Shown piece after piece: positions 62,891-64,000 of a stretch of DNA of 64,000 nucleotides. This stretch comes from a virus. The notes under the pieces are model-generated. The model saw nothing but the letters and a program-made list of their open reading frames with translations. It was not told where the DNA came from and did not search any database. The stretch spans positions 13,201 through 77,200 of the IMG/VR virus record IMGVR_UViG_3300044643_002008; one strand, 5' to 3'. The position numbers and the translations under genes are program-made. Every line of letters begins with the position of its first letter. Within the stretch, counting starts at the first letter, position 1.

Positions 62891-64000
62891 GCAAGATTGC
62901 ATACGTTAAAGACGTAACAGATGATTCTATTTTTGCTGTAGTTGTCGAGAAAAACAACACTTTTTTTAGCTTCGGAACTGGTCCAACTGCTTCGGCCTGG
63001 GCAAAACAATCGAACGCAAAAAAGCAGAAATTTCAGGACATTAAAGACAACCTTGATGTCATGCTCTACATTTCTCAGCCTAAAAACGCCTCGTCTGCAG
63101 AAATTGACTCCCTCTCATCTATTCTCGATATTGAGGCAGCTAAGAAAATTATCTCGATAATCGGTGGTGAAGAAAAAGAAGAAGAGATAAAAGTAAAATC
63201 CGAGCAGCCCTATTCGGACGATGCAACACAACGTCACGAACCAGAGGTCGAGGAAGATTACCTTTCTTTGTCTGACCTGCCCATGAGGTATGTCGACGTT
63301 CAGTTCAAAAGAAATGCCATTAACTACAAGACAAAGGCATTTACTCTAGATAGACAAATCTCGTCCCTGAGACTTGAAGCAAAGGGAGCAAGAGCTGTTT
63401 TTGACCCAAGCGCACGTGGCGGTGTTGGAGCATGGAGATGCCCACAGGACACTCCGTATGGAGGCCAGTTCACAAACAAGTTTGGCCGTGGTTGCACCTG
63501 GGGTGTGTCTAGAAGAATAGGTCGAGCGTTTACCGCTTTTGCCGGGAACGACCTTGGCAAAATTAGAAAGATTGGCGAAACCTTAGAAGACTTTGGAGAT
63601 TCTCGTCTTTCTACAGCGGCCGACCGTAGTGGCAGAAGACTTGACAGAAGAGCAAGAGCAGCGTCTCGTCCACCGGCGCGAGAAAGAGTTGCTGAAAGAC
63701 TGGCAACAACTTTAGAAAATGCTGCAGGTGGCGTACGTTCACGCTCGGCAGACAGAACACAGCGTCGTGCTAATAGAAGAACTGGGACCACTCCGGCACC
63801 TAAAACGCCAAAACAGTCTTCCACCCCTGTTGAAGAGTTTCTCCAAGACATTAAAAAAAGAAACTCTAAGCTGTCCTTGGAAGATGCATCTTACATTATT
63901 GACACATCGAACCCAGATTTATGGGGCGTAATCAATAGGAACGATACGCCACCAGGCGGTGACTGGAAAGACATAGTAGAGCTCTTTACTCGCGATAGTA
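62887..64000 (+). CDS. large head-region protein with RCP tag, truncated at window end
   Basis: Not in the ORF track. Manual translation from ATG 62887 (ATGA overlap) stays open to 64000: MSKIAYVKD...FDPSARGGVGAWRCPQDTPYGGQFTNKFGRGC... Confidence 0.8.
   Translation, partial: MSKIAYVKDVTDDSIFAVVVEKNNTFFSFGTGPTASAWAKQSNAKKQKFQDIKDNLDVMLYISQPKNASSAEIDSLSSILDIEAAKKIISIIGGEEKEEEIKVKSEQPYSDDATQRHEPEVEEDYLSLSDLPMRYVDVQFKRNAINYKTKAFTLDRQISSLRLEAKGARAVFDPSARGGVGAWRCPQDTPYGGQFTNKFGRGCTWGVSRRIGRAFTAFAGNDLGKIRKIGETLEDFGDSRLSTAADRSGRRLDRRARAASRPPARERVAERLATTLENAAGGVRSRSADRTQRRANRRTGTTPAPKTPKQSSTPVEEFLQDIKKRNSKLSLEDASYIIDTSNPDLWGVINRNDTPPGGDWKDIVELFTRDS

Overview
The whole window is the virion-morphogenesis region of a large tailed phage with a contractile tail (myovirus-type) and HK97-type head genes. 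Several gene families suggest an actinobacterial host, but this is inference. Two arms diverge at ~45.25 kb. The leftward (-) arm carries terminase large subunit, Rad52-like annealase, RecB/Cas4-like nuclease, HNH, RuvC-like resolvase, a ParB/PAPS-reductase (IbrAB-like) module, neck genes, sheath, tube, a frameshifted tail chaperone, tape measure with an M15-type peptidase, baseplate, a 1955-aa collagen-like fibre and Gly-rich fibre proteins. It ends in a tailoring-enzyme cluster (2OG-Fe(II) oxygenase, flavin halogenase, GNAT-like, GT4). The rightward (+) arm carries a portal-MuF fusion, a greatly extended prohead protease and >13 kb of large modular proteins (zincin peptidases, two ADP-ribosyltransferase-like domains, a degenerate kinase-like domain, PepSY domains); no major capsid gene is recognisable before the window ends. 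The strongest novelty candidate is a shared peptide 'grammar' across these head-region proteins: K|[A/S] sites at domain borders, an R-C-P-x8-F-T-x6-C tag in three proteins, an FDPNAxDxDGDxxVQEGTRFxRPA tag in two, and [KR][LVI][ST]GS[MT] linkers in front of effector domains. Together these suggest a system for packaging and processing capsid cargo. The second candidate is a His-rich adhesin directly followed by enzymes that may modify it. All family assignments come from reading motifs by eye; no database searches were run.
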